64,000 bases of DNA from Dehalococcoidia bacterium. Lineage in GTDB: Bacteria; Chloroflexota; Dehalococcoidia; GIF9; AB-539-J10. A program made the position numbers and the translations under genes. The first letter of the stretch is position 1; each line of letters starts with the position of its first letter. The DNA is taken from NCBI GenBank assembly GCA_030612025.1, contig JAUWOR010000007.1, forward strand, positions 1 through 64,000, written 5' to 3'. Shown here piece by piece: positions 20,537-31,189 of the stretch. The notes below the pieces were generated by a model. The model was not told the DNA's origin. It worked only from the letters and a program-made list of their open reading frames with translations, and did no database searches.

Positions 20537-21253
20537 ATGGAGTTAGCTATAGATACTTCTTCTAATACCGCTAGCATTGCTTTATCGCATAAGGGTGAAA
20601 TTCTAACCGAGCTAGCTTGGGAATCAGCCCAAAACCACACTGTAGAATTGATGCCCAATTTGGTTCATCTGCTAAAACAAGTTAAGGCAAAGCCGAACTC
20701 TATAGAAGCCATCATCGTAGCTAAAGGTCCGGGGAGTTTCAACGGGCTACGGGTGGGGATAGGCACAGCCAAGGGACTAGCCTTCTCCTTAGCCATTCCT
20801 TTGCTTGGTATAAGTACCTTGGAAGCCGAAGCTTATCCTTTTGCTTATACTGGCTTGCCATTGTCTCCCATCCACAAGGCTGGTCGTGAGGAAATAGCTA
20901 CTGCCTTTTATCAACAAAAGAATAACGAATGGCGATGTTTAGAAGAGGAACATTTAACTACGCTCGATGCTTTATGCCAACGAATACGCCAAAAGACGCT
21001 TTTTTGTGGTGAAATCCCGCCTGATATGGTAAATGAAATACAACAGAAGTTGGGCCAGCGAGCTATAATACCGCAAACTTCTACATTGTCTCGAGCTGGC
21101 TCTTTAGCTATATTAGGTTGGCAAAGATTGAGCAAAGGAGAGCAAGATGACCCGGCTACCTTGCAACCTTTATATCTTCGCCCTCCCCATATAACGAAAC
21201 CCAAAAAAAGGTATCCCTCTGTCACCCTGAGTGAAGCGAAGGGCTCAGAATGA
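20537..21253 (+). CDS. tsaB: tRNA t6A biosynthesis protein TsaB
   Basis: LAIDTS, GPGSFNGLRVG, QPLYLR. Confidence 0.93.
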   Translation: MELAIDTSSNTASIALSHKGEILTELAWESAQNHTVELMPNLVHLLKQVKAKPNSIEAIIVAKGPGSFNGLRVGIGTAKGLAFSLAIPLLGISTLEAEAYPFAYTGLPLSPIHKAGREEIATAFYQQKNNEWRCLEEEHLTTLDALCQRIRQKTLFCGEIPPDMVNEIQQKLGQRAIIPQTSTLSRAGSLAILGWQRLSKGEQDDPATLQPLYLRPPHITKPKKRYPSVTLSEAKGSE

Positions 21254-21297
21254 CAGTGGGCTTTAGCTAACGAAACCAAATGAAAGGAGAAAGGGAA

Positions 21298-22359
21298 ATG
21301 CAAATTCCAAAATTAGACCTTGAGTATTCAACCAGGCTTTGCTTTGGCTGTGGCGAAGATAATCCCATAGGGTTAAAGCTGAAACCTGTTTACGATGGAG
21401 AAAAGGTCAGGGCAGAGTTCACCCCAGGAGAATACCACCAAGGCTGGGATAATGTAACTCATGCGGGTATTCTCTATACCCTCCTTGATGAAGTAACTGC
21501 TTACGTCATCCTCTGCTGCGGCATCGATTTCGGCGTTACTGCTAAAAGCGAGGTGAGATTCAAACAAGTAGCCCCCATCAATGAGCCAATCCAAATCTCC
21601 GCCTGGGTCACCAAATTGACAAGAAGACTAGTGGAAACCAAGGGAGTGCTTGCCCTTAAAGATAACACAGTTATAGCTGAAGGCAGCTCTTTGTTCTACG
21701 TATGGAGGCGATCAAAAAAGACAATCCTCTGGGATATGGATGGGGTTATTGCTAATTCTGGTTCATTTCACTTTGCTGCCTGGCAGGAAACCTTCGCCAA
21801 GAGGGGAATAAACTTTACTAAAAAAGATTTTACCAAGTTTTTTGGCACTAGAAATGACTTCATAATTCGTAACGTTCTCGGAGAAGAATTGTCAGAAGAG
21901 AATGTTAAAAGCATAGTACAGGAAAAGGAGGCAAGTTTTCGAGAGAAGGCAAAGGGGAATATCAAGCCATTTCCCGGGGTGGTTAAGCTACTAAACACGA
22001 TTAAGAGGGGAAACTTCAAGCAAGCCCTGGTTTCCTCAGCACCAAAGGAAAACATAGATTTGCTCAGTAGCGAACTTAACCTCGAGGGAATTTTCGATTG
22101 TATTGTTTCTGGTAGGGAAGTAGCGGAAAGTAAGCCCAGTCCCCAGATATCTCTTTTAGCTGCGGAGAAGTTGGGGGCGGAGCCCAAGGATTGCATTGTA
22201 ATTGAAGACTCCCCCTTCGGCGTTAAAGCAGCTAAAGCTGCTGGAATGAGATGTCTAGCGGTAACCAACACCCATCCCAAACAAGACCTTGAAGACGCTG
22301 ACAGAGTAGTTGATTCTTTAGAAAAAGTAGATTTAATCACCCTGATACAAAGGGTGTAA
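21298..22359 (+). CDS. PaaI hot-dog thioesterase fused to a HAD (beta-PGM-like) phosphatase
   Basis: CFGCG..NPIGL and HAGILYTLLDE; then WDMDGVI, VSSA, KPSP, IEDSPFG. Confidence 0.85.
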   Translation: MQIPKLDLEYSTRLCFGCGEDNPIGLKLKPVYDGEKVRAEFTPGEYHQGWDNVTHAGILYTLLDEVTAYVILCCGIDFGVTAKSEVRFKQVAPINEPIQISAWVTKLTRRLVETKGVLALKDNTVIAEGSSLFYVWRRSKKTILWDMDGVIANSGSFHFAAWQETFAKRGINFTKKDFTKFFGTRNDFIIRNVLGEELSEENVKSIVQEKEASFREKAKGNIKPFPGVVKLLNTIKRGNFKQALVSSAPKENIDLLSSELNLEGIFDCIVSGREVAESKPSPQISLLAAEKLGAEPKDCIVIEDSPFGVKAAKAAGMRCLAVTNTHPKQDLEDADRVVDSLEKVDLITLIQRV

Positions 22360-22372
22360 AGAGGAACTGACA

Positions 22373-22846
22373 TTGCAAGCGAAGCAAAGCAATCCCAACG
22401 AGCAGAGAAGCTTAGTGCTTATTAAACCCGATGCCATACAAAGAGGATTAGCCGGGGAAATAATTTCCCGCCTTGAGAGAAGAGGGCTCAAAATTGTAGC
22501 TATGAAAATGTTACAAATGGATAAAACCTTGGCTCAACGTCACTACGCCATTCATAAAGACAAAGCCTTCTTTAATGAATTGGTTAATTTCATTACCTCT
22601 AGCCCTATCATCGCCCTTGTTTTTCAGGGAAAAGATGCTGTGGAGATAATAAGGCAAACAATGGGCGAAACTGACCCGGCTAAAGCTCCCCCTGGCACCA
22701 TCAGGGGTGACTTTGGCCTCGATATTGAGCATAACCTAATCCATGGCTCCGACTCAGCCGAGAATGCCTCTAAGGAAATAAATCTCTTCTTCTCACCAGA
22801 AGAAATTTTTGACTATCATAAAGATATTGATAGATGGGTTAGCTAA
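22373..22846 (+). CDS. ndk: Nucleoside diphosphate kinase
   Basis: LIKPDA, GTIRGDF, NLIHGSDS. Confidence 0.96.
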   Translation: MQAKQSNPNEQRSLVLIKPDAIQRGLAGEIISRLERRGLKIVAMKMLQMDKTLAQRHYAIHKDKAFFNELVNFITSSPIIALVFQGKDAVEIIRQTMGETDPAKAPPGTIRGDFGLDIEHNLIHGSDSAENASKEINLFFSPEEIFDYHKDIDRWVS

Positions 22847-22856
22847 GAGTCACTAT

Positions 22857-23201
22857 CTATTGGATTCTAACCACAGGAATTGCCTTGTCCCACAGCTTAT
22901 CTAGTTGATAATAATCCCGCTCAGCTGAGCCAAATATATGAACAATAACTGCCTCAAAATCACCAAGGAGCCAACCTGAATCAGGGGTGCCCTCTTTATG
23001 ATGGGGCATAACGCCCTTGCTCCTCAGTACCTCATCAATGCCTCGCCAAATGGCCTCTATCTGACGGTCGCTTTCTCCACTACAAATAACGAAATAATCG
23101 GCAAAGGAGCATAACCCTCTTACGTCAAGCATCACAATATCATTTGCTTGCTTCTCAGAAGCAGCTTCCACAGCTAACTTCGCTAGCTCTTCAGCCTCCA
23201 G
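22857..23201 (-). CDS. rsfS: Ribosome silencing factor (probable CTG start at 23201)
   Basis: ADYFVICSGES.RQ, W.L.D, VHIF, YYQLDKLW; ggagg RBS precedes an in-frame CTG. Confidence 0.9.
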   Translation of the reverse strand: MEAEELAKLAVEAASEKQANDIVMLDVRGLCSFADYFVICSGESDRQIEAIWRGIDEVLRSKGVMPHHKEGTPDSGWLLGDFEAVIVHIFGSAERDYYQLDKLWDKAIPVVRIQ

Positions 23202-23327
23202 AAAGAATTAGCCTCCTTCATTTATATTATAACACTTTCATGTTTACAACTGCCCGATATAAACCCTTCCCTCACTTTAAGACAAGTTTCATCAGTAGGT
23301 AAGGCTTACCATGAGTAAACAGATAAC

Positions 23328-24218
23328 TCATATGGAATGGTTTGTACTTTTACATAATCTTACCTCATTATAAAAGTCAATAGCATTGAAGGAGCTACGC
23401 ACCAGCGGCCCCGACGCCACGCCTAAGAACCCCATTTTCCTCGCGATAGCCTCATATTGGGCAAACTCATCAGGAGTAACATATCTTACCACCCCGTGAT
23501 GCTTTAGAGAAGGCCTCAGGTACTGCCCCAAGGTAATAGAATCGCACCCAGCTTCCCTTAGATCCTCCATAACCCCCATCACCTCGTCCTCCCTTTCCCC
23601 CAACCCTAACATGAGCCCGGATTTGGTCAAAAGCCCCCTATCCAAGGATTTCGCCCTCCTTAAAAGCTCCAAGGAACGGTGATATTTCGCCTGAGGTCGC
23701 ACCTCTGAATAGAGCCGGGGGACTGTCTCTACATTATGATTCAAGACGGTGGGCTGGGCAGCAATCACTTCCTCCAGTGCCGATAGGGAACCTCGAAAAT
23801 CGGGAATGAGCACCTCAACCCCTATACTTGAGTTATGGCGGTGCAGGGCTCTTATAGCCTGAGCAAACTGCACTGCACCTCCGTCAGGGAGGTCATCGCG
23901 GCAAACAGAAGTAATGACCACATAGCGTAGCCCCAATTTCTTGACTGCTGACACGATATGCTCTGGCTCTTCTGGGTCAAGAGCTTCAGGCTTTCCGTGC
24001 TTTACGGCACAAAAGGTACAGTTGCGAGTACAAATATCCCCCAAGATCATAAATGTGGCTGTGCCTTGAGCAAAGCATTCTGTCCGGTTGGGGCAGCGAG
24101 CACTTTCGCAGATGGTATGCAGCTTTAGCCCCCGGGTGAGCTTCCTCATTTTGCTCAGTGTGGTGGAATCCAGGGGTTTTAGCTTTAGCCACTCAGGGCG
24201 TCTAGCATAACTGGACAT
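23328..24218 (-). CDS. lipA: Lipoyl synthase
   Basis: CESARCPNRTEC, CTRNCTFC, LVRSSF. Confidence 0.96.
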   Translation of the reverse strand: MSSYARRPEWLKLKPLDSTTLSKMRKLTRGLKLHTICESARCPNRTECFAQGTATFMILGDICTRNCTFCAVKHGKPEALDPEEPEHIVSAVKKLGLRYVVITSVCRDDLPDGGAVQFAQAIRALHRHNSSIGVEVLIPDFRGSLSALEEVIAAQPTVLNHNVETVPRLYSEVRPQAKYHRSLELLRRAKSLDRGLLTKSGLMLGLGEREDEVMGVMEDLREAGCDSITLGQYLRPSLKHHGVVRYVTPDEFAQYEAIARKMGFLGVASGPLVRSSFNAIDFYNEVRLCKSTNHSI

Positions 24219-24886
24219 CTATCGACCTCCTGTTTGTATTCGAAACCAAATATATCTGAAAAGGAATGAAGCAACCCCCCTATGATGGATTCGACCTCTA
24301 TAGGATACCCCAATATTTTTGAAATAGAGGTCATTATTCCCGCCTTTTTCATGCCGCAAGGGTTTATATATTCGAAATAGCGTAGGTCCGTATCTACATT
24401 AAGAGCAAAACCATGCATAGTAATACCATGGTTAACCTTCACCCCTATAGAACAAACTTTTTTCACATTCACCCAGACACCAGGATACTTGCTAATCCGA
24501 TGACCTCGGATACCAAGAGAATGCAGCAAGTTAATGATAACTGACTCTAGTTTCCAGACATATTGACGCACACCAAGCCCGTTTTCTTCAAGACTGAGAA
24601 TAGGATAGCCTATAAGCTGTCCTGGGCCATGGTAGCTGATGCCTCCTCCCCTACCGATGTGAAAGACGTCTATCCCCTCTTGAGCCAGCCTCTCTGGGGG
24701 GACAATTATGTCCTCTTCTCCTCTAAAGCGTCCTATGGTGAAAACTGGGGGGTGCTGGAGGAGCAGCAGCACATCAGGGTTAATTCCCTTAACTCTTGCC
24801 TCTACCAATGATTGTTGCAAGTTTAAGGCAAGTTGGTATGGCACCACCCCCAAGTAATAAGCTTGGTAAGACTTCTTTGATTCCAA
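24185..24886 (-). CDS. lipB: Octanoyltransferase
   Basis: QHPPVFTIGR, RGGGISYHGPGQL, KVCSIG, HGFALN, INPCG. Confidence 0.95.
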   Translation of the reverse strand: MESKKSYQAYYLGVVPYQLALNLQQSLVEARVKGINPDVLLLLQHPPVFTIGRFRGEEDIIVPPERLAQEGIDVFHIGRGGGISYHGPGQLIGYPILSLEENGLGVRQYVWKLESVIINLLHSLGIRGHRISKYPGVWVNVKKVCSIGVKVNHGITMHGFALNVDTDLRYFEYINPCGMKKAGIMTSISKILGYPIEVESIIGGLLHSFSDIFGFEYKQEVDRCPVMLDALSG

Positions 24887-24906
24887 AATCCCCTACGAAT
24901 TCGAGT

Positions 24907-26301
24907 TTAGCCAGCCTGTTTAGTTTGAAAGTGAATCAAGCCATCCAACTGTCCTAAAGCCGCTTCCAGCACTGCCTCAGGCAGTGTGGGGTGAGCATGC
25001 ATGGTGTCGGCGATATCTTTGGCTGTGAGGCCACATTTGACTGCCAGCACGCCTTCTGCTATCAGATCGTCAGCATGAGGCCCCATGATGTGCATCCCCA
25101 GTACCCTTCCACTTTCTGCTTCGCAAACCATCTTAACCATGCCTATCGTTTCCCTCATGGTATAAGCACGGCCACAGGCGCTAAAAGGGAAGCTACTCAC
25201 TTTATAAGAAAGCCCCCTAGTTTTGGCTTCATTTTCGGTCAAGCCAACACCTGCTATCTCAGGGTGGGTGAAGACACAAATAGGAACAGCTTGGTAGTCT
25301 ACCCAGCGAGAGTGACCAAGAGCATTCTCTACAGCAATCTTCCCCTCGTAGGAGGCAACATGAGCTAGCATATGCCCGCCAATTACGTCTCCGATAGCGT
25401 AAATATTAGGGATATTTGTTTCCAGTCTCTCGTTCACCGTGATAGCTCGTCTTTTCATCTTCATCCCTAGTTCAGTTAAGCCCAGTCCTTCAGTATAGGG
25501 GGAACGCCCAGTAGCCATGAGAACCATTTGCGCCTCGATTCCTCGTTCTCCCTCCGGTGTGTCCCAGACCACTTTAGTCATTGTCCCTTCCTGCATTATT
25601 GCCTTGACTGTAGCGCTAGTTATGATCGTAATGCCTTGTCTCCTTAGGATCTGGGCAAAACGTTGGCTGATCTCCAGGTCAACTGACTCCAGGAGGAAGG
25701 GTCGCATCTCGAGGATAGTCACCTTAGTGCCAAAGGCATTGAAGATGGTGGCAAATTCCACACCCACGACGTTTCCCCCGATGACTATCAGGCTTTTGGG
25801 GAGTTTGGTCACATCTAGCATCTCATCAGTGGTAACCACCCCTGGAAGGTCTAAACCGGGGATAGGAAGTGAAGCAGTCTCCGAGCCTGTGGCGATAATG
25901 ATCCTCTTGGTTGGAATCTCCTCATCGTTTACCTTCACTAACGTGGGAGACACAATGCGCCCCGCACCCTTGTAAATACTTATGTTACCAGCCAGCGTTA
26001 GGTGGTTAATTCCAGCTAACAGCCCATCTACTATATTATTCTTGCGGGCAATAATCTGGGGCAAATTCACCTCAATATGGTCAATCTCCAGGCCAAACTC
26101 ACTCGCTCTCCTAGCCTGCTGTAGTACCTCGGCACTTCTAAGCAATGACTTTGTCGGGATACAACCATGATTGAGGCATGTACCACCGAGGCGATCCTTT
26201 TCCACCAAAGCTACCCTCGCTCCTAGCTGGGAGGCATAAATAGCTGCTACGTATCCCCCAGGGCCGCCGCCAATTATGGTGACATCATATTCAGTTTCCA
26301 T
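24907..26301 (-). CDS. lpdA: Dihydrolipoyl dehydrogenase (GCS L-protein)
   Basis: GGGPGG, GGTCLNHGCIP, HAHPTLPE. Confidence 0.95.
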   Translation of the reverse strand: METEYDVTIIGGGPGGYVAAIYASQLGARVALVEKDRLGGTCLNHGCIPTKSLLRSAEVLQQARRASEFGLEIDHIEVNLPQIIARKNNIVDGLLAGINHLTLAGNISIYKGAGRIVSPTLVKVNDEEIPTKRIIIATGSETASLPIPGLDLPGVVTTDEMLDVTKLPKSLIVIGGNVVGVEFATIFNAFGTKVTILEMRPFLLESVDLEISQRFAQILRRQGITIITSATVKAIMQEGTMTKVVWDTPEGERGIEAQMVLMATGRSPYTEGLGLTELGMKMKRRAITVNERLETNIPNIYAIGDVIGGHMLAHVASYEGKIAVENALGHSRWVDYQAVPICVFTHPEIAGVGLTENEAKTRGLSYKVSSFPFSACGRAYTMRETIGMVKMVCEAESGRVLGMHIMGPHADDLIAEGVLAVKCGLTAKDIADTMHAHPTLPEAVLEAALGQLDGLIHFQTKQAG

Positions 26302-26463
26302 CGCTTACTGCTTTGCCTAAAGAATTGGTTTCTTACCCAGGTTAGCTATCTCGTTTAAGGTAAGGCAAACTAAATAAAGATTAAATTTTCTCAGCTTGAA
26401 AAACTTCCGAAAAGTTCCTCAATCACTAGTTTCTAAACAGCTTCTTTTGGTTCTGCAATTCCT

Positions 26464-27591
26464 TTACCTTTTATTAACTGGTTTGACAAAAGGCGTATCA
26501 ACAACCTCAGCTTCCACTTCTTTATCCCTGATGACAACATTTACTTTACTGCCTTTCTCGGTATAAGGGAGATCAATGATGGCCCACGCATATACCTTCT
26601 TTAGAGAAGGACAGTAACTCCCTGAGGTGATGTATCCAATCTTCTTTCCGTCTTTCTTCACTTCCATTTTATGTCTGGGAATACCACCTGCGGGAATATA
26701 GAGGCCCACAAGCTTCCGGCTAATTCCCCTCTCTCTTATTTTAAGAAGTGCTTCTTTGCCAATAAACTTCTCCTTGTCAAATTTTACTGTCCACCCTTGA
26801 CCTGTTTCGAGCGGATTTATTGTTTCATCAATATCATTGCCATAAAGCCAGTAGCAAACCTCAAACCTTGTTGTATCTCTTGCTCCTAATCCTACAGGTT
26901 TTATGCCAAACCTTTTACCTTCCTCAAGAATACCATTCCAGATGTCTACAATGTCTTTTGCCTTAGAGTAAACTTCGAACCCATCCTCTCCTGTGTAACC
27001 TGTATGCGAGATAAGAATCTTTTTACCAAACAACTCCCCATACATAAACTTAAAACGCTTCAGTTCTTTAAGGGGCATATCTCCGCCTAATTTTACTAAA
27101 GGCCCCAGCAATTTTTCTGACATAGGTCCCTGTACTGCTACCTCTCCGTAGTCCTGGCTCTTATTCGAAATTTCTACATCAAAGCTTCCCTTTTGCTGTG
27201 AAATCCAAGTGAAATCCTTCACGGAATAGTTAGGAGATGCATTGACAACCAATAATACGAAATCATCCTCTACTTTGTAGACAAAAAGATCGTCCACCTG
27301 GCCACCATTGGGATAACACAATGGAGAGTACTTTATATCTCCGTCCCTCATCTTCATTACTGAATTCGTTACAATGTAGTCGGTGAAAGGAAGTGCATCT
27401 TTGCCCCGTAATTCAATCTCCCCCATATGGGAGACATCAAAGATGCCTACTTTTTCTCTTACAGCAAAGTGCTCTTCAATAATGCTTGTATATTGCACCG
27501 GCATATCAAAACCATCAAATGGTATCATCCTCGCTTTTAACTTTAGGTGTTCCTCATGAAGAGGGGTCAATAACGACTCTTCCATATCCAC
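26464..27591 (-). CDS. gcvT: Glycine cleavage T protein
   Basis: MPVQY, FDVSHMG, TGYTGEDGFE, GLGARD. Confidence 0.95.
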   Translation of the reverse strand: MDMEESLLTPLHEEHLKLKARMIPFDGFDMPVQYTSIIEEHFAVREKVGIFDVSHMGEIELRGKDALPFTDYIVTNSVMKMRDGDIKYSPLCYPNGGQVDDLFVYKVEDDFVLLVVNASPNYSVKDFTWISQQKGSFDVEISNKSQDYGEVAVQGPMSEKLLGPLVKLGGDMPLKELKRFKFMYGELFGKKILISHTGYTGEDGFEVYSKAKDIVDIWNGILEEGKRFGIKPVGLGARDTTRFEVCYWLYGNDIDETINPLETGQGWTVKFDKEKFIGKEALLKIRERGISRKLVGLYIPAGGIPRHKMEVKKDGKKIGYITSGSYCPSLKKVYAWAIIDLPYTEKGSKVNVVIRDKEVEAEVVDTPFVKPVNKR

Positions 27592-27598
27592 CTCCTAA

Positions 27599-29098
27599 CT
27601 AAAAATTAATATCTTCATCTCTCCATTTCAATTCATCTTTAAGTTTCAGCTCATCGCCGTAATTCAAGATTGGTCTCTTTACTGCCAGTACGTCATCTAC
27701 TCTCCTTATACGGGTGTTATGCGGTGCACCTGTTAATAATTCAGGATTTGTCTTCGCCTCGTGGGAAATTTTGATCATGGCATCAATGAACTCATCAAGC
27801 ACTTCCTTACTTTCGGATTCAGGTGGCTCTATCATTATTGTTTCCTCAGCGTAAGGCTCAAAGTGAGGGAAATAGATTGTTGGTGGGTGAAAACCATAAT
27901 CCATTAATCTCTTGGCAATATCCAAAGTTTTTATCCCATACTTCTTATAGTCTCTTCCTGTAACCACACATTCGTGCCCACAATAGCGATCATATGCCGG
28001 TCGATAATATTTCTTTAACTTAGCCAGCACATAGTTGGCATTAATAACACTTGTTTCTGAGACATTACGAAGCCCGTCTGGCCCCATAGAAAGAATCCAG
28101 GCATAACTCTTAACCAGCACGAGAAAATTGCCCCAAAATGCCCTCACCCTACCGATGCTTTTTTCTCCCACGTCCGAGAAGTAATATTTCTCCCCGTCAA
28201 AAGCAACTATAGGTGTAGGAAGATACGGAATAAGAGCTTTCTTTACTCCGATAATTCCTGAACCTGGGCCACCACCTCCGTGTGGGGTAGAAAATGTTTT
28301 GTGCAGATTGAGATGGACGATATCAAAACCGGCATCTCCAGGTCTGACAATTTCAAATGAGGCATTCAGGTTGGCACCATCATAATAAAGCAATCCGCCC
28401 TTACCATGCACAATGCTTTCAATATCCTGCATCCCTTCATCATATAACCCAACTGTATTAGGATCGTTCAGCATTAATCCTGCGGTATCTTCATCCATTA
28501 GCTCCTCAAGCCGTCTGATGTCAACCGTCCCCCTTTCGTTTGACTTTAGTTCTATCATTTTAAAACCACCCATTGTAGCAGAAGCTGGATTGGTACCATG
28601 GGCAGAATCAGGCACTAACAGCTTATGCCTTTTATCATCATGATCGACAAAATGCTGCCTCATAATGAGAACACCAGTTAATTCACCATGTGCACCAGCG
28701 GCAGGAGCCATAGTATATTGGTCGACGCCCGTTATTTCACAAAGTAACTTGTTTAAATCGTACATTAGCTCTAAACAACCTTGAACAGTCTCTTCAGGAG
28801 CTAATGGATGGGCGTAGACAAAGTTCCTTAGTGATGCCAGTTCCTCATTCACTCTGGGGTTATATTTCATGGTACATGACCCCAATGGGTATAAGCCATC
28901 ATCAACGCCGTAATTAAACTTGGAAAGCTTGGTGAAGTGCCGAATAACATCAACCTCGGAAACTTCACTAAGCACCTTTTTGCTATCGCTAACTGCATAC
29001 TCAGGTATGCAATCTTTAGTGTTTACCTCGTCGAATAAATCTTTGGGCAGGGAATAACCATCTCTAGCCTTTACGCTTTTCTCAAATATTAACTTCAT
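27599..29098 (-). CDS. gcvPB: Glycine dehydrogenase subunit 2
   Basis: YPLGSCTMKYNP, AHGTNPASA, NLHKTFSTPHGGGGPG. Confidence 0.95.
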   Translation of the reverse strand: MKLIFEKSVKARDGYSLPKDLFDEVNTKDCIPEYAVSDSKKVLSEVSEVDVIRHFTKLSKFNYGVDDGLYPLGSCTMKYNPRVNEELASLRNFVYAHPLAPEETVQGCLELMYDLNKLLCEITGVDQYTMAPAAGAHGELTGVLIMRQHFVDHDDKRHKLLVPDSAHGTNPASATMGGFKMIELKSNERGTVDIRRLEELMDEDTAGLMLNDPNTVGLYDEGMQDIESIVHGKGGLLYYDGANLNASFEIVRPGDAGFDIVHLNLHKTFSTPHGGGGPGSGIIGVKKALIPYLPTPIVAFDGEKYYFSDVGEKSIGRVRAFWGNFLVLVKSYAWILSMGPDGLRNVSETSVINANYVLAKLKKYYRPAYDRYCGHECVVTGRDYKKYGIKTLDIAKRLMDYGFHPPTIYFPHFEPYAEETIMIEPPESESKEVLDEFIDAMIKISHEAKTNPELLTGAPHNTRIRRVDDVLAVKRPILNYGDELKLKDELKWRDEDINF

Positions 29099-29110
29099 CT
29101 TTATTCCTCC

Positions 29111-30454
29111 TTATTCCGAAAGAATTTCAACCACACGGTTCAAATCTTCTCTACACAATACTTCGGTTACGGCAAAAAGCAAAACATCCTTAAACCTTTC
29201 CTCTTTATAGAATTTGCTTACTTCCAGAGGAGGAATGAAATTGTTCTCTAGCAGTTTTTTATTTAAAGTAGCCACACTGTCTTTGCTCTTTAGCAAAAAC
29301 TCATTATAGAAGGGATAGTGAAAAACCTTTTCAAATTTCCCCGATTTCAATAACAAGTTTTCTAAGTAGTGAGCAGCTTTGGTGTTAAGAAGAGAAACTT
29401 TGTAAAGCCCTTCTGTTCCCATAAGAGAAAGATAAATATTGGCTGCGGTAGCGTTTAAAAAATGGTTAGTACAAATATTAGAAGTCGCCTTCTCTCTCCT
29501 TATATCTTGCTCTCTGGCGCGCATGGTCATCACGAAAACACGCTTACCATCTAAATCTCTTGTTTCACCAATAATTCTTCCGGGAAGCTGCCTGAGGAAT
29601 TGTTTCCTGGTTGCCAGGTAAGCATTATAAGGACCGCCGTAATTCAAGTCCATGCCAAATGATTGAGCCTCCCCGGCTACGATATCAACCCCCACTTCCC
29701 CAGGAGCTTTTAAAACCCCCAGTGACATGCTTTCAGCAATGGCATTTATTACTAAAGCATTCTTAGAATGAACAAGCTCGCAGATTTCAGCTAGGTTCTC
29801 TATGCCACCAAAGAAATTAGGATTTTGAACGATAACAGAAGCAACATCATCATCAACTAATTTCTTCAGCCCATCAATATCAACTAAACCATCCTTATGT
29901 GGCAATTCGACAATTTCTGGCTCGTGTGGTGCTATGTATGTCTTAACAGTTTCTTTATAATGAGGATGAAGTAATGCCGAAATAATAATTTTATTTCTAT
30001 GTGTTAACCTGAAGGACATTAATGCCGCTTCGGCAGTTGCCGAAGCACCATCATAGATAGAAGGTATTACGACATCCATTTTGGTAAGTCGGGCAATATA
30101 CGTCTGAAACTCAAATATTGACTGCAGGGTGCCTTGACTAAGTTCAGGTTGATATGGTGTATAACAGGTCCAAAATTCTTCTCTTTGCAAGAGAAATTTT
30201 TCTGCCTCAGGAACATGATGCCTGTAAGCACCCGCTCCAATAAGGGGTTTCATTAAGAAAAAATCTGAGTTTTTCTTAGCAATCTGGTAAATCTTTTCTT
30301 CCAGTTCAGCTTCTGAAATTGCCTCGGGGACATTTAACCTTCCTTTAAACCGAAAACCAGCGGGAATAGCTTCAATTAAATCCTCAAAAGAAGAGACGCC
30401 AATCTCTTTCAGCATCGCTTTTTTCTGCTCTTCAGTACTTGGAATATATCTCAT
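29111..30454 (-). CDS. gcvPA: Glycine dehydrogenase subunit 1
   Basis: YTPYQPELSQG, YDGASA, REQDIRREKATSNICTN. Confidence 0.95.
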   Translation of the reverse strand: MRYIPSTEEQKKAMLKEIGVSSFEDLIEAIPAGFRFKGRLNVPEAISEAELEEKIYQIAKKNSDFFLMKPLIGAGAYRHHVPEAEKFLLQREEFWTCYTPYQPELSQGTLQSIFEFQTYIARLTKMDVVIPSIYDGASATAEAALMSFRLTHRNKIIISALLHPHYKETVKTYIAPHEPEIVELPHKDGLVDIDGLKKLVDDDVASVIVQNPNFFGGIENLAEICELVHSKNALVINAIAESMSLGVLKAPGEVGVDIVAGEAQSFGMDLNYGGPYNAYLATRKQFLRQLPGRIIGETRDLDGKRVFVMTMRAREQDIRREKATSNICTNHFLNATAANIYLSLMGTEGLYKVSLLNTKAAHYLENLLLKSGKFEKVFHYPFYNEFLLKSKDSVATLNKKLLENNFIPPLEVSKFYKEERFKDVLLFAVTEVLCREDLNRVVEILSE

Positions 30455-30463
30455 ACTGCACCT

Positions 30464-30850
30464 CTACTCTTCTCTATACTCTGAGTATTCTTTAGCTCCC
30501 ATAAGATTCTTCAATTCATCAGCATTCTCAATCTTTATCTTGGCAATCCATCCTTCGCCGTAGGGATCTTTATTGATAATAGAACTATCCGCAACAACTT
30601 TTTCGTTTACCTCGATTACCTCTCCCGAGATAGGGGCGTAGATGTCAGATGCCGCCTTTACCGATTCAATGGCCGTAAGCGTTTCAGTTTGTTTTACTTT
30701 CTTCCCCTTCTCCGTTTTCTCAAGGTAGACAATATCGCCAAGCTTATCCTGGGCATAATCAGTAATTCCTACCGTCCCTACACTATCTTCCACTTTCAGC
30801 CATTCATCAGTTTGGGTATAATAAAGACCTTCGATAACTTTAACTGCCAT
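30464..30850 (-). CDS. gcvH: Glycine cleavage H protein
   Basis: GITDYAQ, IESVKAASD (lipoyl Lys), DPYGEGW. Confidence 0.95.
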   Translation of the reverse strand: MAVKVIEGLYYTQTDEWLKVEDSVGTVGITDYAQDKLGDIVYLEKTEKGKKVKQTETLTAIESVKAASDIYAPISGEVIEVNEKVVADSSIINKDPYGEGWIAKIKIENADELKNLMGAKEYSEYREE

Positions 30851-30918
30851 CTCTCCTCCTATTTATATTATACTTTCCATTATTCAGATTAGCCTTTAGT
30901 TTGCTATTTGTCAAAATC

Positions 30919-31085
30919 TGTACTCGTCCATATGATTAGTGACACATCACTTTTCTCCTTGCTATTGTAAAGCACATGCTCTCTCGTCATTGCGAGGAGC
31001 AAAGCGACGAAGCAATCTCAAAATAAAGCAACACTAGAGGCAGCGTGAGCGTGTAAAGTGTCACTCATCTATCTGAACTAGATCA
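30919..31085. mobile_element. MITE with IS481-like ends and an internal REP
   Basis: Imperfect TIRs tgtactcgtccatatgattagtgacac / gtgtcactcatctatctgaactagatca; flanking aaatc duplication; internal gtcattgcgaggagc..gaagcaatctc. Confidence 0.7.
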
Positions 31086-31121
31086 AAATCTTTATGCCGG
31101 GCAAAACTGGCCCCCCGTCTT

Positions 31122-31166
31122 AAATTAAATAAGCCCCTCCTTAAAAGAAGGGGCTTATTTAATTAG
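31122..31166 (-). terminator. Hairpin terminator after agcS
   Basis: aattaaataagcccct / aggggcttatttaatt inverted repeat. Confidence 0.7.
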
Positions 31167-31189
31167 GCCATGATTTTTCCTCTACTTAA

